A stretch of DNA of 64,000 nucleotides, from assembly GCA_016713425.1 (NCBI GenBank), contig JADJPE010000005.1, positions 512,294 through 576,293 of the forward strand, written 5' to 3'. Within the stretch, counting starts at the first letter, position 1; each line of letters begins with the position of its first letter. The notes beneath the pieces are model-generated. The model saw only the letters and a program-made list of their open reading frames with translations. It was not told the DNA's origin and searched no databases. Positions 37,091-46,900 of the stretch are shown in pieces. Source of the stretch: Deltaproteobacteria bacterium. Its GTDB lineage: Bacteria; Myxococcota; Kuafuiibacteriia; Kuafuiibacteriales; Kuafuiibacteriaceae. The position numbers and the translations under genes are program-made.

Positions 37091-37156
37091 CGCAGTCGCA
37101 GTCGCAGTCGCAGTCGCAGTCGCAGTCGCAGTCGCAGTCGCAGTCGCAGTCGCAGT
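37091..37156. repeat. Perfect hexanucleotide microsatellite (CGCAGT)x11
   Basis: Counted directly as 66 nt. It lies between genes 36634..37029 and 37412..38014, in a region where no reading frame shows convincing codon bias. Confidence 0.95.
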
Positions 37157-37411
37157 CGCGGTCGCGAGCAAGCAGCAAGCCGGAGGCGGGTTCGAAGGCG
37201 AATCCGCGAACAACGGGTGAGTCACCGGGCGCAACGAAACGAGCCGCGCTCAAGCGAACCGTTCGGCGCACAGACTCCGACGACGAGATCGAGTGCGAAG
37301 CGGCGGTCACGATCGACTGACCCAATCCCACCATCGAAAACCGCGCCTCAGACCACCTCCGGCGGGAGATTCGTTGCGAAAATCGAACAGCGATCACCCA
37401 GCGGGCGCCGG

Positions 37412-38014
37412 TCACTCCAGCAGGGCTTCGGTCTCCCTTCGCGCATCGAGCAGACGCCCGAGCTCGTCTTCTAGGCCCACCAGTTCGCAGTCGAGGCGCC
37501 CCTTCGAGTCTTCAAGGCCGATGACCTCGACGCGAAGCACCAAGCGAAGCACCGCTTCTCGAGCGCGGCGCACATCCTCCTCGACCCTTGCCTTCGCTTC
37601 GCCGATCTCCGAGAGCCGAACATCGACGAGCGCGGTCTCGGACGCGCCGAGCCCACGCCTCATCTGTTGAAGCCGAGTGGCCGCGCTCCGGAGACGGTCG
37701 ATCTCTCTTTGGCGTCCGACCATCGCATGGCGGAGGCGGTCAACGGACGCTTGGTAGCCACGCCTTCGATGCGGTTCCTTCACAAGTCGGTCGATCTGTC
37801 GCCCGAGACTCGAAAGCGCAGCGTCCCCATCAAGAGCTGCGTGGGTCTTGTCTTGGGCAAGACACGCCGGGACATAGGCCGGCCAGAACAGAATCCCAAC
37901 GATGCGCACGACGGGCGACTCCGAAATTCGTCGCTGTGAAACGAGCCACGCAATCGCGACGATCCCGGCGACGAGATAGAGAGCGCCCGTAAAGACGAGG
38001 TTCATATCAGCCAC
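37412..38014 (-). CDS. Membrane-anchored coiled-coil protein
   Basis: N-terminal TM helices (LVFTGALYLVAGIVAIAWLV, VVRIVGILFWPAYV) followed by Arg/Glu-rich heptad-like sequence. The start is GTG 38014 or ATG 38005. Confidence 0.6.
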   Translation of the reverse strand: MADMNLVFTGALYLVAGIVAIAWLVSQRRISESPVVRIVGILFWPAYVPACLAQDKTHAALDGDAALSSLGRQIDRLVKEPHRRRGYQASVDRLRHAMVGRQREIDRLRSAATRLQQMRRGLGASETALVDVRLSEIGEAKARVEEDVRRAREAVLRLVLRVEVIGLEDSKGRLDCELVGLEDELGRLLDARRETEALLE

Positions 38015-38897
38015 CTAGACCGACGCTTTGCGCCTGTTCCAGGACCTCTGGTTGCCCATTGCACACCGATGACGCCGATGGCGCCGGTAGGTCGACGGCC
38101 TCTGACCCCTGGATGCGCTCTGGGCGCGCGCCGCCCCGTCCCGCGAGCCGGAGAATCACGTCTTCGGCGGTGCGCCGATTAGAGCCCGTGAACCACTCGA
38201 GCCGAGCCTGAAAGAGCGTCGGATGCGTCGGGTTCATATAGGGTCTGAGCGCCCACGCACTCTGTCCGAGGAGCGCAACGGTGAGCACGACCGCGACCGC
38301 CGTGAGCCGCCACGTGAACCATCGCCGCGGCGCACGAGCACGGACGACGATCGAGCCGAGGACCGAGGCCGCAAGGAAAGCGATCGCAAGCGCACCGTCG
38401 GCATCCGCGTGGCCGCGTCTCAGCAGCAGGAAGGGCCCGACCGCGACCGACGCGAACACCCCCACCAGGGCAAAGTGAGCGGCGATGACAGAGACCAGAT
38501 CCCCAAAGCGAGCCTCGACGTCAAACAGGCGTTTGAGAGCGTAGATCGGTGCCAAAGACAGAACGAACGTCGCCAAGAAGACACCCGCAATCTTGAGTGC
38601 AATCCAAAGACGCCAAGCAACGCTCACGTCGGAGGTTATCCATACGCCGAAGAAAGCGAGACCCGAAAGCGCCAGCAAGAGATCCGTCGTGAGCGTTCGG
38701 ATCGAATCGTTCTCAGGGACGATCCCAACATCGCGATCGACACCGGCATCAGCATGGAGACCGGCGTCGGCATCGACACGGGTATCGGCGTCACGAGATG
38801 GAGGCCGGCCTCCGGACATTGACGTTCTGAACGCGGACGAAGGGACCGCGCCCGAAGGGCGCAGCAGCTCAACCAAACGTGCGATCACGGCTTTCAT
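38007..38897 (-). CDS. Polytopic membrane protein
   Basis: At least five hydrophobic segments. Its ATG directly follows the stop of the upstream gene (TAG-ATG). Confidence 0.6.
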   Translation of the reverse strand: MKAVIARLVELLRPSGAVPSSAFRTSMSGGRPPSRDADTRVDADAGLHADAGVDRDVGIVPENDSIRTLTTDLLLALSGLAFFGVWITSDVSVAWRLWIALKIAGVFLATFVLSLAPIYALKRLFDVEARFGDLVSVIAAHFALVGVFASVAVGPFLLLRRGHADADGALAIAFLAASVLGSIVVRARAPRRWFTWRLTAVAVVLTVALLGQSAWALRPYMNPTHPTLFQARLEWFTGSNRRTAEDVILRLAGRGGARPERIQGSEAVDLPAPSASSVCNGQPEVLEQAQSVGLGG

Positions 38898-39488
38898 CTA
38901 GAGCCTCCCCTCGATGCCCGACGCGAGCCACTCGACCATTGCGTACGTTTCGGTAAGCAACAGCGAAGCGAGCCACGCGTACGACAGGAGCCGGCCCTTG
39001 GTACCCGAAATGCTCCGCCCCAGGCGGACGAGCAAAGGAGCCCAAAAGGCCAAGGCTCCAAATCCCAATGAAAACAACGGAAAGACCGGCGTCGGAGTCG
39101 GCGACGTCACGAGGTAGAACCAGACGACCGGTGCGAATCCGGCGACCGACAATGCGGCGTCCGCGAGCGCTCGCGAGAGCAGCGAGAGTTCGGCCACGAC
39201 GTCGCGCCCGATCAGAACGACTCGAAGAACCAAATATGCGGGGACGGTCAGGAACAAGGGCTTCAAGATCGCGACAACGTACCCCCCAGGATCGAGCCAA
39301 TCGCGGGCGAAGCCATAGCGAACCACGTTGACGACGAGCGCGAAAACGCCGACCCCAAGAACCGCGAGAAGCGGCGCCATCCACAAGGTCTGCGAACCTT
39401 GTTGCGACACGACATCCGATGACTTCGATATGGCCGGTGAGCGGCTCGGCATTCGGGCGGAGAAACGAACAGAGGCATTCATTCGCAA
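38898..39488 (-). CDS. Polytopic membrane protein
   Basis: Several hydrophobic segments (LWMAPLLAVLGVGVFALVV, FAPVVWFYLV, FSLGFGALAFWAPLLV). It is the first gene of a three-gene membrane set. Confidence 0.55.
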   Translation of the reverse strand: MRMNASVRFSARMPSRSPAISKSSDVVSQQGSQTLWMAPLLAVLGVGVFALVVNVVRYGFARDWLDPGGYVVAILKPLFLTVPAYLVLRVVLIGRDVVAELSLLSRALADAALSVAGFAPVVWFYLVTSPTPTPVFPLFSLGFGALAFWAPLLVRLGRSISGTKGRLLSYAWLASLLLTETYAMVEWLASGIEGRL

Positions 39489-39685
39489 GCGAACAATGAG
39501 AAATGCGTGCCAAGCGCCAATGGGCGGATTTGAGCTCGACGCCGGTGCAACGCGCGCGTTGCACTGAGAACACAGCTTTGCACCTCGAACGCACCGGCAC
39601 CGTCGACCGACGGACGCCGGGGCGGGAGAAGGTATCCATAAGTGCTGGCCAGATCTACCCCGCTCAGCCTAGGGTCCCGCGGAGC

Positions 39686-41662
39686 ATGAGTCAGACGAAG
39701 TGCCTCCTTTCGTTCACATCCGTGGTGCTGATGGCAGCCACGACCTCGACGGGATGCCCGCGTTCGCACCGTCCTGCAGACGCCCGCGCGAGCACCCCGA
39801 ACGTCGCACCGACGGTCCATCCGGAGGGCGCCCAAGCAAAGACATCAGCGACCTTCGGGACCGCCGCGTCGCAAGAAGCCTCCGCGCTCGCAAAAATGAG
39901 CCGAGCAGAACGCGATTCCCCCCCAACCGCGACCGAGGCCGACGCGTTCATCGCACAGACCAACGTAGACCTCAAAGAGCTATGGACGAACGCAGCGCGC
40001 GCGGAATGGGTCAAGAGCACGTACATCACCGATGACACCGAGATCTTGGCCGCCCAGGCCAACGAGAAGGTCATGGCGTACATGTCGAGAGCCAACCGCG
40101 AGGCCGTACGCTTCGATGGCGTCGAGACATCGGTCGACACCCGACGACAGCTCCAGCTCCTCAAGCTCGCGCAAAGCCTTCCTGCCCCGGCCGACCCCGC
40201 AAAGCGCAAACGTTTGGCGGAGATCGCGGCCAAGCTCGAGGGGCTGTACGGGAAAGGAAAGTTCTGCAAACAGACGCCCAAGGGCGAGTCGTGCCGCGAC
40301 CTCGAGTCACTGTCTGCGGTCCTCTCGAAGAGCCATGATTACGACGAGCTCCTCGAGGCTTGGCAGGGATGGCGCACCATCTCACCGCCGATGCGGCCCC
40401 TCTTCAAGGAGTACGTGGCGCTCGCCAACGAAGGCGCACAGGAGATCGGGTTCAAGAATCTCGGCGAGATGTGGATGTCAGGCTACGACATGTCGCCGGC
40501 CGAGTTCGCGGAGACGACTTCGAAGCTCTGGACTCAGGTCAGCCCGCTTTACGAAGCGCTCCACTGCAACGTCCGCGCAAAGCTCGCGCGCACCTACGGT
40601 GCCGAGCGCGTCCCTCCTCAGGGCCCAATTCCCGCACATCTGCTTGGAAACATGTGGGCCCAGGAATGGGCCTACATCTACCCGCTCGTCCGGCCCTACA
40701 AGGTTGCGGGCGACATCGACGTCACCCGCGCCCTCAAGAAGAAGCGCAAGAGCGAGCTCGATCTCGTTCGCCTCGGCGAGAAGTTCTTCACGTCGTTGGG
40801 TCTCGATCCGCTGCCCGACACCTTCTGGACGCGCTCGATGTTCGTGAAACCGACAGACCGCGACGTCGTCTGCCACGCGAGTGCCTGGGACGTCACGTAT
40901 GGCAACGATCTCCGGATCAAGATGTGCATCAAGGTCGATCAAGAAGACCTCATCACGATCCATCACGAGCTCGGCCACAACTACTACTTCATGTACTACC
41001 ACGACAAACCGGTGCTCTATCAAAACGGTGCCAACGACGGCTTCCATGAGGCGATCGGCGATATGCTCGCGCTGTCCGTCACGCCGGGCTACTTGAAGAG
41101 TGTCGGCATCCTAGACAGCGTCCCACGCGACACACCCGAGGCGTTGATCAATCGGCAATACAAGGACGCCTTGGAGAAGGTCGCGTTCTTGCCCTTTGGC
41201 AAGCTGATCGACGAGTGGCGGTGGAAAGTCTTCTCGGGCGAGATCAGCCCCGAGAACTACAACCAGGCATGGTGGAACCTGCGCGAGAAGTATCAAGGCG
41301 TCGCGCCGCCCGTCGAGCGCAGCGAAAGCGACTTCGATCCCGGCGCCAAATACCACGTGCCCGCGAACGTGCCGTACACGCGCTACTTCCTGGCCCGCAT
41401 TCTGCAGTTTCAGTTTCACCGAGCCCTCTGCCGGATTGCCGGACACGAGGGGCCGCTCCACACCTGCTCCATCTACGGGAACCAAGAGGTCGGCAAGAAA
41501 CTCGAGGCCATGTTGGCCATGGGGTCGAGCAAGCCTTGGCCCGACGCACTCGAAGCGCTGACCGGAGAACGGGCCATGGATGCCTCGGCGATGATCGAAT
41601 ACTTCGAGCCCTTGATGAAATGGCTCGGCGAACAGAACAAAGGTCTAAGCTGCGGATGGTAA
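39686..41662 (+). CDS. Peptidyl-dipeptidase A (M2 family, angiotensin-converting-enzyme-like) lipoprotein
   Basis: Gluzincin site HHELGHNYYF plus HEAIGD, with M2-type flanking sequence. Lipoprotein-like signal (LMAATTSTGC) from ATG 39686. Confidence 0.85.
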   Translation: MSQTKCLLSFTSVVLMAATTSTGCPRSHRPADARASTPNVAPTVHPEGAQAKTSATFGTAASQEASALAKMSRAERDSPPTATEADAFIAQTNVDLKELWTNAARAEWVKSTYITDDTEILAAQANEKVMAYMSRANREAVRFDGVETSVDTRRQLQLLKLAQSLPAPADPAKRKRLAEIAAKLEGLYGKGKFCKQTPKGESCRDLESLSAVLSKSHDYDELLEAWQGWRTISPPMRPLFKEYVALANEGAQEIGFKNLGEMWMSGYDMSPAEFAETTSKLWTQVSPLYEALHCNVRAKLARTYGAERVPPQGPIPAHLLGNMWAQEWAYIYPLVRPYKVAGDIDVTRALKKKRKSELDLVRLGEKFFTSLGLDPLPDTFWTRSMFVKPTDRDVVCHASAWDVTYGNDLRIKMCIKVDQEDLITIHHELGHNYYFMYYHDKPVLYQNGANDGFHEAIGDMLALSVTPGYLKSVGILDSVPRDTPEALINRQYKDALEKVAFLPFGKLIDEWRWKVFSGEISPENYNQAWWNLREKYQGVAPPVERSESDFDPGAKYHVPANVPYTRYFLARILQFQFHRALCRIAGHEGPLHTCSIYGNQEVGKKLEAMLAMGSSKPWPDALEALTGERAMDASAMIEYFEPLMKWLGEQNKGLSCGW

Positions 41663-41827
41663 AGCGGAATTGGATTCAAGCCGAAGCGACAGGCAGGATC
41701 GACGTGTCACTCGGGCGGGTTAACCTGTCGGGGGGACCGATAATCTAGAGATAGCCTCCAGCCAGGCGTCCATGCCAGACTGGGAACTCTTGGGCGCGAT
41801 CGGCGGCGCTCGCGCGTTGGAGGAACG

Positions 41828-42286
41828 ATGATGCCGGAGAGTCTCAGCACAGCTTTTTGGATTGGGGCGACCCTGGTCGCGTTTCTCTACACCGCGCTTC
41901 TGAGGCTCGCGGTGCGCGTGTCGGCGAAGGAGGCGGACAACGGGTGGGACAATGCGATCGGGTATTCGGTGGTCACGATCCTGCTGGCTTTCTTGGCGGG
42001 CTGGATCCTCGAGTCTCGGAATATCCTCCTGATCTTGCTCATCGTGCCCACCCACGTCCTCATCCAGACCCTCGCGATTCGGGTGATTTATGAGGTCCGC
42101 TACCTGCGGGCACTCCTCATCGGCGCATGCCATGCACTGATGGCGAGCCTCGTGATCGGAGGCCTGGCAACCGTCGCAGGCTTCATTGCAGCGCTCATCC
42201 TCAAGAAGCGCATCATCGCCGATCCCATCTACTTCATTAGGCTGCTGCTTCGCTTGCTCGGGATCGAGCTACCCTTCGCGGACTGA
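41828..42286 (+). CDS. Small integral membrane protein
   Basis: 152 aa with four hydrophobic helices. It lies between the M2 and M1 peptidase genes. Confidence 0.55.
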   Translation: MMPESLSTAFWIGATLVAFLYTALLRLAVRVSAKEADNGWDNAIGYSVVTILLAFLAGWILESRNILLILLIVPTHVLIQTLAIRVIYEVRYLRALLIGACHALMASLVIGGLATVAGFIAALILKKRIIADPIYFIRLLLRLLGIELPFAD

Positions 42287-42342
42287 GACTTGGTTTTTCA
42301 CTAGGGACCCTGGCGCGCGTAGGGTAGTCTCCGGTCCCGCCG

Positions 42343-44985
42343 ATGGATTCTCGCCCGTATCGCCTCCCCCGCAACGTCTGGCCCAAACGGTACGCGATCG
42401 ACATCGATGCTCATCCTCTCCGGGCCGCCTTCTCGGGGCGGGTTCAGATTGACCTCGACGTGACCGAGGTGACGAACCGGATCGAACTCCACGCGCGGGA
42501 CCTCACCTTGGTCGACCCCGAGCTCTCTCAGGATGGACGCCCGATCCCCACCCTCATCAAGCCGGGTGATCACGCGGAAGTCGTCGTCTTCGAGACCGAA
42601 GGTCCGCTCGAGATCGGACCTGCGCGGCTCGACGTCGCGTTCAAGGGGCGGCCCAACGCGAGTATGCACGGCCTCTATGTCGCACAAGACGGAAAAGACC
42701 GCGCCGTCTGCACGCAATGCGAAGCAACCGATGCACGCGCCATCTTTCCCTGCTTCGACGAACCCGAGTTCAAAGCGCAATTTGAATGGAAGATCCGCAC
42801 CGGGCGTGAAGTCACGGCACTCGCCAACGGAGCCCTACTTCACTCTGAAGCCTCCGGTTCGCAACGCACGTGGCTCTTCGAGGCGACCCCCCCCATCTCA
42901 AGCTACCTCGTCGCGTTCGTCGTCGGCGACTTCGAGTCAACCGATCCATCCGAGGTCAATGGTGTCAAACTCCGCGTTTTCGGACTTCGAGGGAAGAAGG
43001 ATCAAGCCAAGTTCGCGCATGCGTTCACCGAGAAGCTGTTCCCTTGGTTCGAAGCGTATTTTGACGTCCCCTACCCCTACGGGAAGTACGACCAAGTCGC
43101 CGTGCCCGGGTTCGATGCCGGTGCGATGGAGAACGTCGGACTCGTCCTCTTTCGCCAGAACCTCCTCTTGATGGACCCAAGATCTGCGTCATGGCACCAA
43201 GAGAAACTCATCGCCAAGGTCATTGCGCACGAACTCGCGCACATGTGGTTTGGCAACCTGGTCACCATGAAATGGTGGGACGACCTCTGGCTCAACGAAG
43301 CATTCGCCGAGTGGTTCGCGCACAAGGCAACCCACGCCATGGAGCCGAGCTACGAGGTCTGGAACGACTTCCAGTCGGACAAGAACCGGGCGCTCTCCGA
43401 TGATGCCCTCCCGACGACCCACGCCATCTGGGCAACCGTCGACACACCATCGCAGGCGCTCGAGATGTTCGACGTCATCACGTACCAAAAGGGCTGTGCT
43501 GTCATGCGCATGCTCGAGTCCTTCGTGGGCGACGAAGCCTTTCGTCATGGCATACGCACATACATGAAGGCGTTCTCAGGTTCGAACGCGAGCGGCAGCG
43601 ATCTTTGGTCGCATCTAGGCCGAGCGTCGGAGCAGCCGGTCGGCGAGCTCATGCGGAGCTGGATCGAACAGCCAGGCTTTCCTATCGTTTCGTACGATCG
43701 CCTCGATGTTCCGGACCGTGAGGCTCCAGACGCACCAGAAGCACCAGAAGCACCAGAAGCACCAGAAGCTCCAAACGCCGAAACGACCCTTTGCTTCAAA
43801 CAGAGGCGTTTCTTCTCGAACCCGAGGACGGCCGCTTTGCCCAACGAGCAAACATGGAACGTCCCGGTCGTCATTCGATTCGAAGACGATGAGGGCGAAA
43901 AACGCCATGCCTTCATCCTCGATGCAGAGGAAGGTCGAACAACACTCCCGCACGTGGGCGCCGTTCGCTGGTGCTACGCGAACGCCAACGAAATCGGGTT
44001 CTATCGACAAAACCCATCGCCCACGCTTCGCCAACAGATCATAACCCACTGCGTGCGCGCGCTCGCGCCGGTCGAGCAGGTGGGATTCATCGAGGACCAA
44101 TGGTCATTGGTGCGAAACGCAACGGGCAACATCACCGCCTTCCTCTCGGTGATCGAGGGCTTTGCGACGAGCGAAGACCATAACGTGCTGCGCGCCGTCG
44201 CCGAGCGACTCGGAACACTCCGGCTCATTCTCGAGGACTCGGGCAACGAACGCGCGCTCGACGCCCTCAGACAGCGCATCGGAGGCTGGTTCAGGCCCCA
44301 CGCGGAGCGTCTCGGCCTCGGTCCAAGCGTCCGCCCCGAAGAAACGCAGAATCAGCGCCAGGGGCGCGCCATCGCCATTCACGCCCTCGGCGCCATGGCC
44401 GAGGCTCCGGACATCGTCGATGCTTGTACGCGCTTCGCCGCCCAGGAGCGCATCGATCCCACCGCGATCGATCCCAACTTGGCGAGCGTCGTGCTCGCGG
44501 TGGCTGCGCGCTTCGGCGACGGCACCCAATACGATGCGTGGGTCGCAACCTATGGCGCCCGAGTCGCGAGCGGCGCGCCTCCGCAGGACGCCCTTCGATA
44601 CCTCCACACCTTCTCAGCATTCCGTGGCGAGGCCCTCGTCCGGCGAACGCTCACGCTGATCGAAGACGGGACGGTCCCGCAGGAGGCCATCGGCGCCGTG
44701 CTCGGCCAACTCCTCGGCGCCCGACACAGCCAAGAACTCACATGGTCACATCTGAAGCATCGGTGGGCGACCCTCTCCAACCGCGTGGGCGACATGGGCG
44801 TCTCGCGGGTCGTCGAATCATTGGGCGCCCTCAAACCCTCGCAGAGGCAAGATCTTGAAGACTTCTTCGCGGCCAATCCACCCCGCGGCGCCGAGCGTGC
44901 CCTTGCGCGTGCGATCGAGAAGATCGAACAAATCGCCGAGCTGTCGGCGCGGGTGACCCCGGAGCTCGTCGCGCTGCTCTCGTGA
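42343..44985 (+). CDS. pepN: Aminopeptidase N (M1 family)
   Basis: GAMEN motif (FDAGAMENVG) and HELAHMWFGNLVTMKWWDDLWLNEAF zinc site, with an ERAP1-like C-terminal domain. An APEAPEAPEAPEAP insert is encoded by a 9-nt repeat. Confidence 0.9.
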   Translation: MDSRPYRLPRNVWPKRYAIDIDAHPLRAAFSGRVQIDLDVTEVTNRIELHARDLTLVDPELSQDGRPIPTLIKPGDHAEVVVFETEGPLEIGPARLDVAFKGRPNASMHGLYVAQDGKDRAVCTQCEATDARAIFPCFDEPEFKAQFEWKIRTGREVTALANGALLHSEASGSQRTWLFEATPPISSYLVAFVVGDFESTDPSEVNGVKLRVFGLRGKKDQAKFAHAFTEKLFPWFEAYFDVPYPYGKYDQVAVPGFDAGAMENVGLVLFRQNLLLMDPRSASWHQEKLIAKVIAHELAHMWFGNLVTMKWWDDLWLNEAFAEWFAHKATHAMEPSYEVWNDFQSDKNRALSDDALPTTHAIWATVDTPSQALEMFDVITYQKGCAVMRMLESFVGDEAFRHGIRTYMKAFSGSNASGSDLWSHLGRASEQPVGELMRSWIEQPGFPIVSYDRLDVPDREAPDAPEAPEAPEAPEAPNAETTLCFKQRRFFSNPRTAALPNEQTWNVPVVIRFEDDEGEKRHAFILDAEEGRTTLPHVGAVRWCYANANEIGFYRQNPSPTLRQQIITHCVRALAPVEQVGFIEDQWSLVRNATGNITAFLSVIEGFATSEDHNVLRAVAERLGTLRLILEDSGNERALDALRQRIGGWFRPHAERLGLGPSVRPEETQNQRQGRAIAIHALGAMAEAPDIVDACTRFAAQERIDPTAIDPNLASVVLAVAARFGDGTQYDAWVATYGARVASGAPPQDALRYLHTFSAFRGEALVRRTLTLIEDGTVPQEAIGAVLGQLLGARHSQELTWSHLKHRWATLSNRVGDMGVSRVVESLGALKPSQRQDLEDFFAANPPRGAERALARAIEKIEQIAELSARVTPELVALLS

Positions 44986-45086
44986 GCCCGGTATTCGCAC
45001 CCGGTCCGAGACAGCGAATACTGATTGCCCGGCGTCGATCCGGAGCGACCTGCCGACGAGCTTGAGTGCACCGAGAGAGGTTCGCG

Positions 45087-45179
45087 GACGACGAAGCCGA
45101 CGACGAAGCCGACGACGAGCGCGATCCGGCGCGAGCAATCCGGCGCGAGCGATCCGGCGCGAGCGATCCGGCGCGAGCG
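45087..45179. repeat. Intergenic tandem repeats: (GACGACGAAGCC) about x2.8, then a 14-nt unit ATCCGGCGCGAGCR x4
   Basis: Read directly at 45087..45120 and 45124..45179, between pepN and the response-regulator gene. Confidence 0.9.
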
Positions 45180-45324
45180 GGCGTCGTTCGCGCCACGCGT
45201 CCAAACGTAGGCATCTCTCCCACCTGGGCAGCTCACCCGCGGACTCCGGGATGATCGAGCATGTGGTTCCGTTCGTCGTACGGGCCAGGTAGGATCGCAC
45301 GCACGACGCTTCGAGTGTTGGGCC

Positions 45325-46872
45325 ATGACCGACCTGCTCATCGTAGACAACGACTTGGAATCCGCGCATGCGATTCGCGAGATGGCGAAGCGGCTTGGAC
45401 ACAAGGCCGTGGTTGCACAGAGCGCACAGCACGCGCTCAGCTTCGTTGAAGAGCGACGCTTCACCATCGTGCTCATCGACCGCACGCTGCCGGACAACGG
45501 GTGCCACACACTGCTGACAAGTCTCCTGAACCGCGCTGGAGACACTCGCGCCATCGTGATGGGCAGCGCGATATCGGCCACCGATCACAAGTGGGCATTG
45601 AGCTTGGGCGCGATCGATACACTCACCAAGCCACTCCGGCCCGACGAGCTCCAAGCGGCGCTCCGAAAAGCGATCGATTCCGGGGAGGGCGTGCCAGCCC
45701 AGATCCACGGACTTTCCCTGACCGACATCATTCAGGCCTTCGGGATGGCCAAGCGAAGTGTCACGGTCAAAGCGGGTGCCAGCGGGCTCATCTACATGCG
45801 CAACGGCGAGATTATCCACGCGGTCGATGGGCCGCGCACTGGGGTGGATGCGCTCAAGAGCGTGCTCTTCAACAAGATCCCGTCGTTGGAGACGGGGCCG
45901 CTCGAGCCCTGCGAAGAGACGATCGAGCAAAGCCTGGACTCCTTGCTCCTCGATGTGATGGTCGAAAAGGACACGTCCTCTCGAGACCTCGGGCTCCTCG
46001 AGAAGGAAGGAGAAAGTCCTGCGCCCATGGACAACGACGAGATCGGGTTCGATCTCGTGGCCGACGATACAGACGGCGCGGGCCCTCCAGGGGGCGCGGA
46101 CCACGCAGGCGAGAGCACTTCCGAAGATGCCACATTCGAAGACGCCACATGCGAAAACGCGGACGACACGACCCCACCGCGCGCAAGCGGTCACGTCGAT
46201 AACGCCCGGGACTTCGCCTTTGCGTTCGATGATGCAACCGTTCCGCACACCTCGACCGCCGAGCTCGGTTCCACCGAGGTATCCCCCGCGAAACGCCCCG
46301 CATGGGTTCCGATCGCGGTGGCCACCGCCGCCCTAGCCATCGCCGCGAGTCTGGGCCTTGGCTTCTTGCTTCTGCGATCGTCGGAGCCAGCGCACCCGAC
46401 CATCGAGCCAAGCCTCGCAACGCGGCCGTCCCCCGCAACACCGCCTCGGCGCGCAACGCGCGCAATGCCGCCCGAACCCACGACGCCGCCAACACGCCCG
46501 GCGCCAACCACCGCCGCAGGAGAGACCACCCCTCTAGGAGAGGCCACCGCTCTAGGAGAGACCACAACCGGCGAGGCATCGGATCCGACGACAAAGACCG
46601 AAGACGAGCCGTCCGCCCTAGGCAACCAGGAAGACGAGCGCCACGCGCACGCGAACACCCAGCCGAGCGCGCAACCAAACGCCCAGCCGAGCGGACCGCC
46701 GAACACACCGCCGAACACACAGCCGAACACACAGCCGAACGCGCAGCCGAGCAACGGCGACGCGCCTCGTCGACGAACGAAACGACGCGTTGGGGCGCGC
46801 ACTCGCCCGCCCGCGCAGCCGTCGACGCCCTCGTCCGTGCGGTCAAAGCTCAAGTCGAATCCATACGATTGA
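45325..46872 (+). CDS. Response-regulator receiver + DUF4388-like domain protein with a TM segment and a Pro/Thr/Gln-rich tail
   Basis: REC domain (LLIVDND..., TIVLIDRTLPD, TKPLRP), then a DUF4388-like segment (GLSLTDIIQAFGMAKRSVTVKAG..GLIYMRNGEIIHA). A hydrophobic helix follows (WVPIAVATAALAIAASLGLGFLLL), then NTQPNAQP-type repeats. Confidence 0.7.
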   Translation: MTDLLIVDNDLESAHAIREMAKRLGHKAVVAQSAQHALSFVEERRFTIVLIDRTLPDNGCHTLLTSLLNRAGDTRAIVMGSAISATDHKWALSLGAIDTLTKPLRPDELQAALRKAIDSGEGVPAQIHGLSLTDIIQAFGMAKRSVTVKAGASGLIYMRNGEIIHAVDGPRTGVDALKSVLFNKIPSLETGPLEPCEETIEQSLDSLLLDVMVEKDTSSRDLGLLEKEGESPAPMDNDEIGFDLVADDTDGAGPPGGADHAGESTSEDATFEDATCENADDTTPPRASGHVDNARDFAFAFDDATVPHTSTAELGSTEVSPAKRPAWVPIAVATAALAIAASLGLGFLLLRSSEPAHPTIEPSLATRPSPATPPRRATRAMPPEPTTPPTRPAPTTAAGETTPLGEATALGETTTGEASDPTTKTEDEPSALGNQEDERHAHANTQPSAQPNAQPSGPPNTPPNTQPNTQPNAQPSNGDAPRRRTKRRVGARTRPPAQPSTPSSVRSKLKSNPYD

Positions 46873-46900
46873 TCGCGCCGGGTCTTGCGTACGCGTTTGG

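Noticed and set aside
36643-37474. Plus-strand ORFs 36643..37320 and 36722..37474, which translate the hexamer repeat as (SQ)n or (RS)n
   Set aside because: Third-position G/C in these frames is only about 55-70 percent, against about 90 percent for the overlapping minus-strand gene 36634..37029. No motif supports them.
39503-39685. N-terminal extension of the ACE-like ORF
   Set aside because: The lipoprotein-type signal peptide begins at ATG 39686, and the upstream residues are not signal-like.
44550-46248. Minus-strand ORFs 44550..45581 and 44818..46248 (343 and 476 aa)
   Set aside because: They lie antisense to pepN and the REC gene and cross the intergenic repeat region. They have no motifs and Arg-rich composition, typical of high-GC shadow ORFs.
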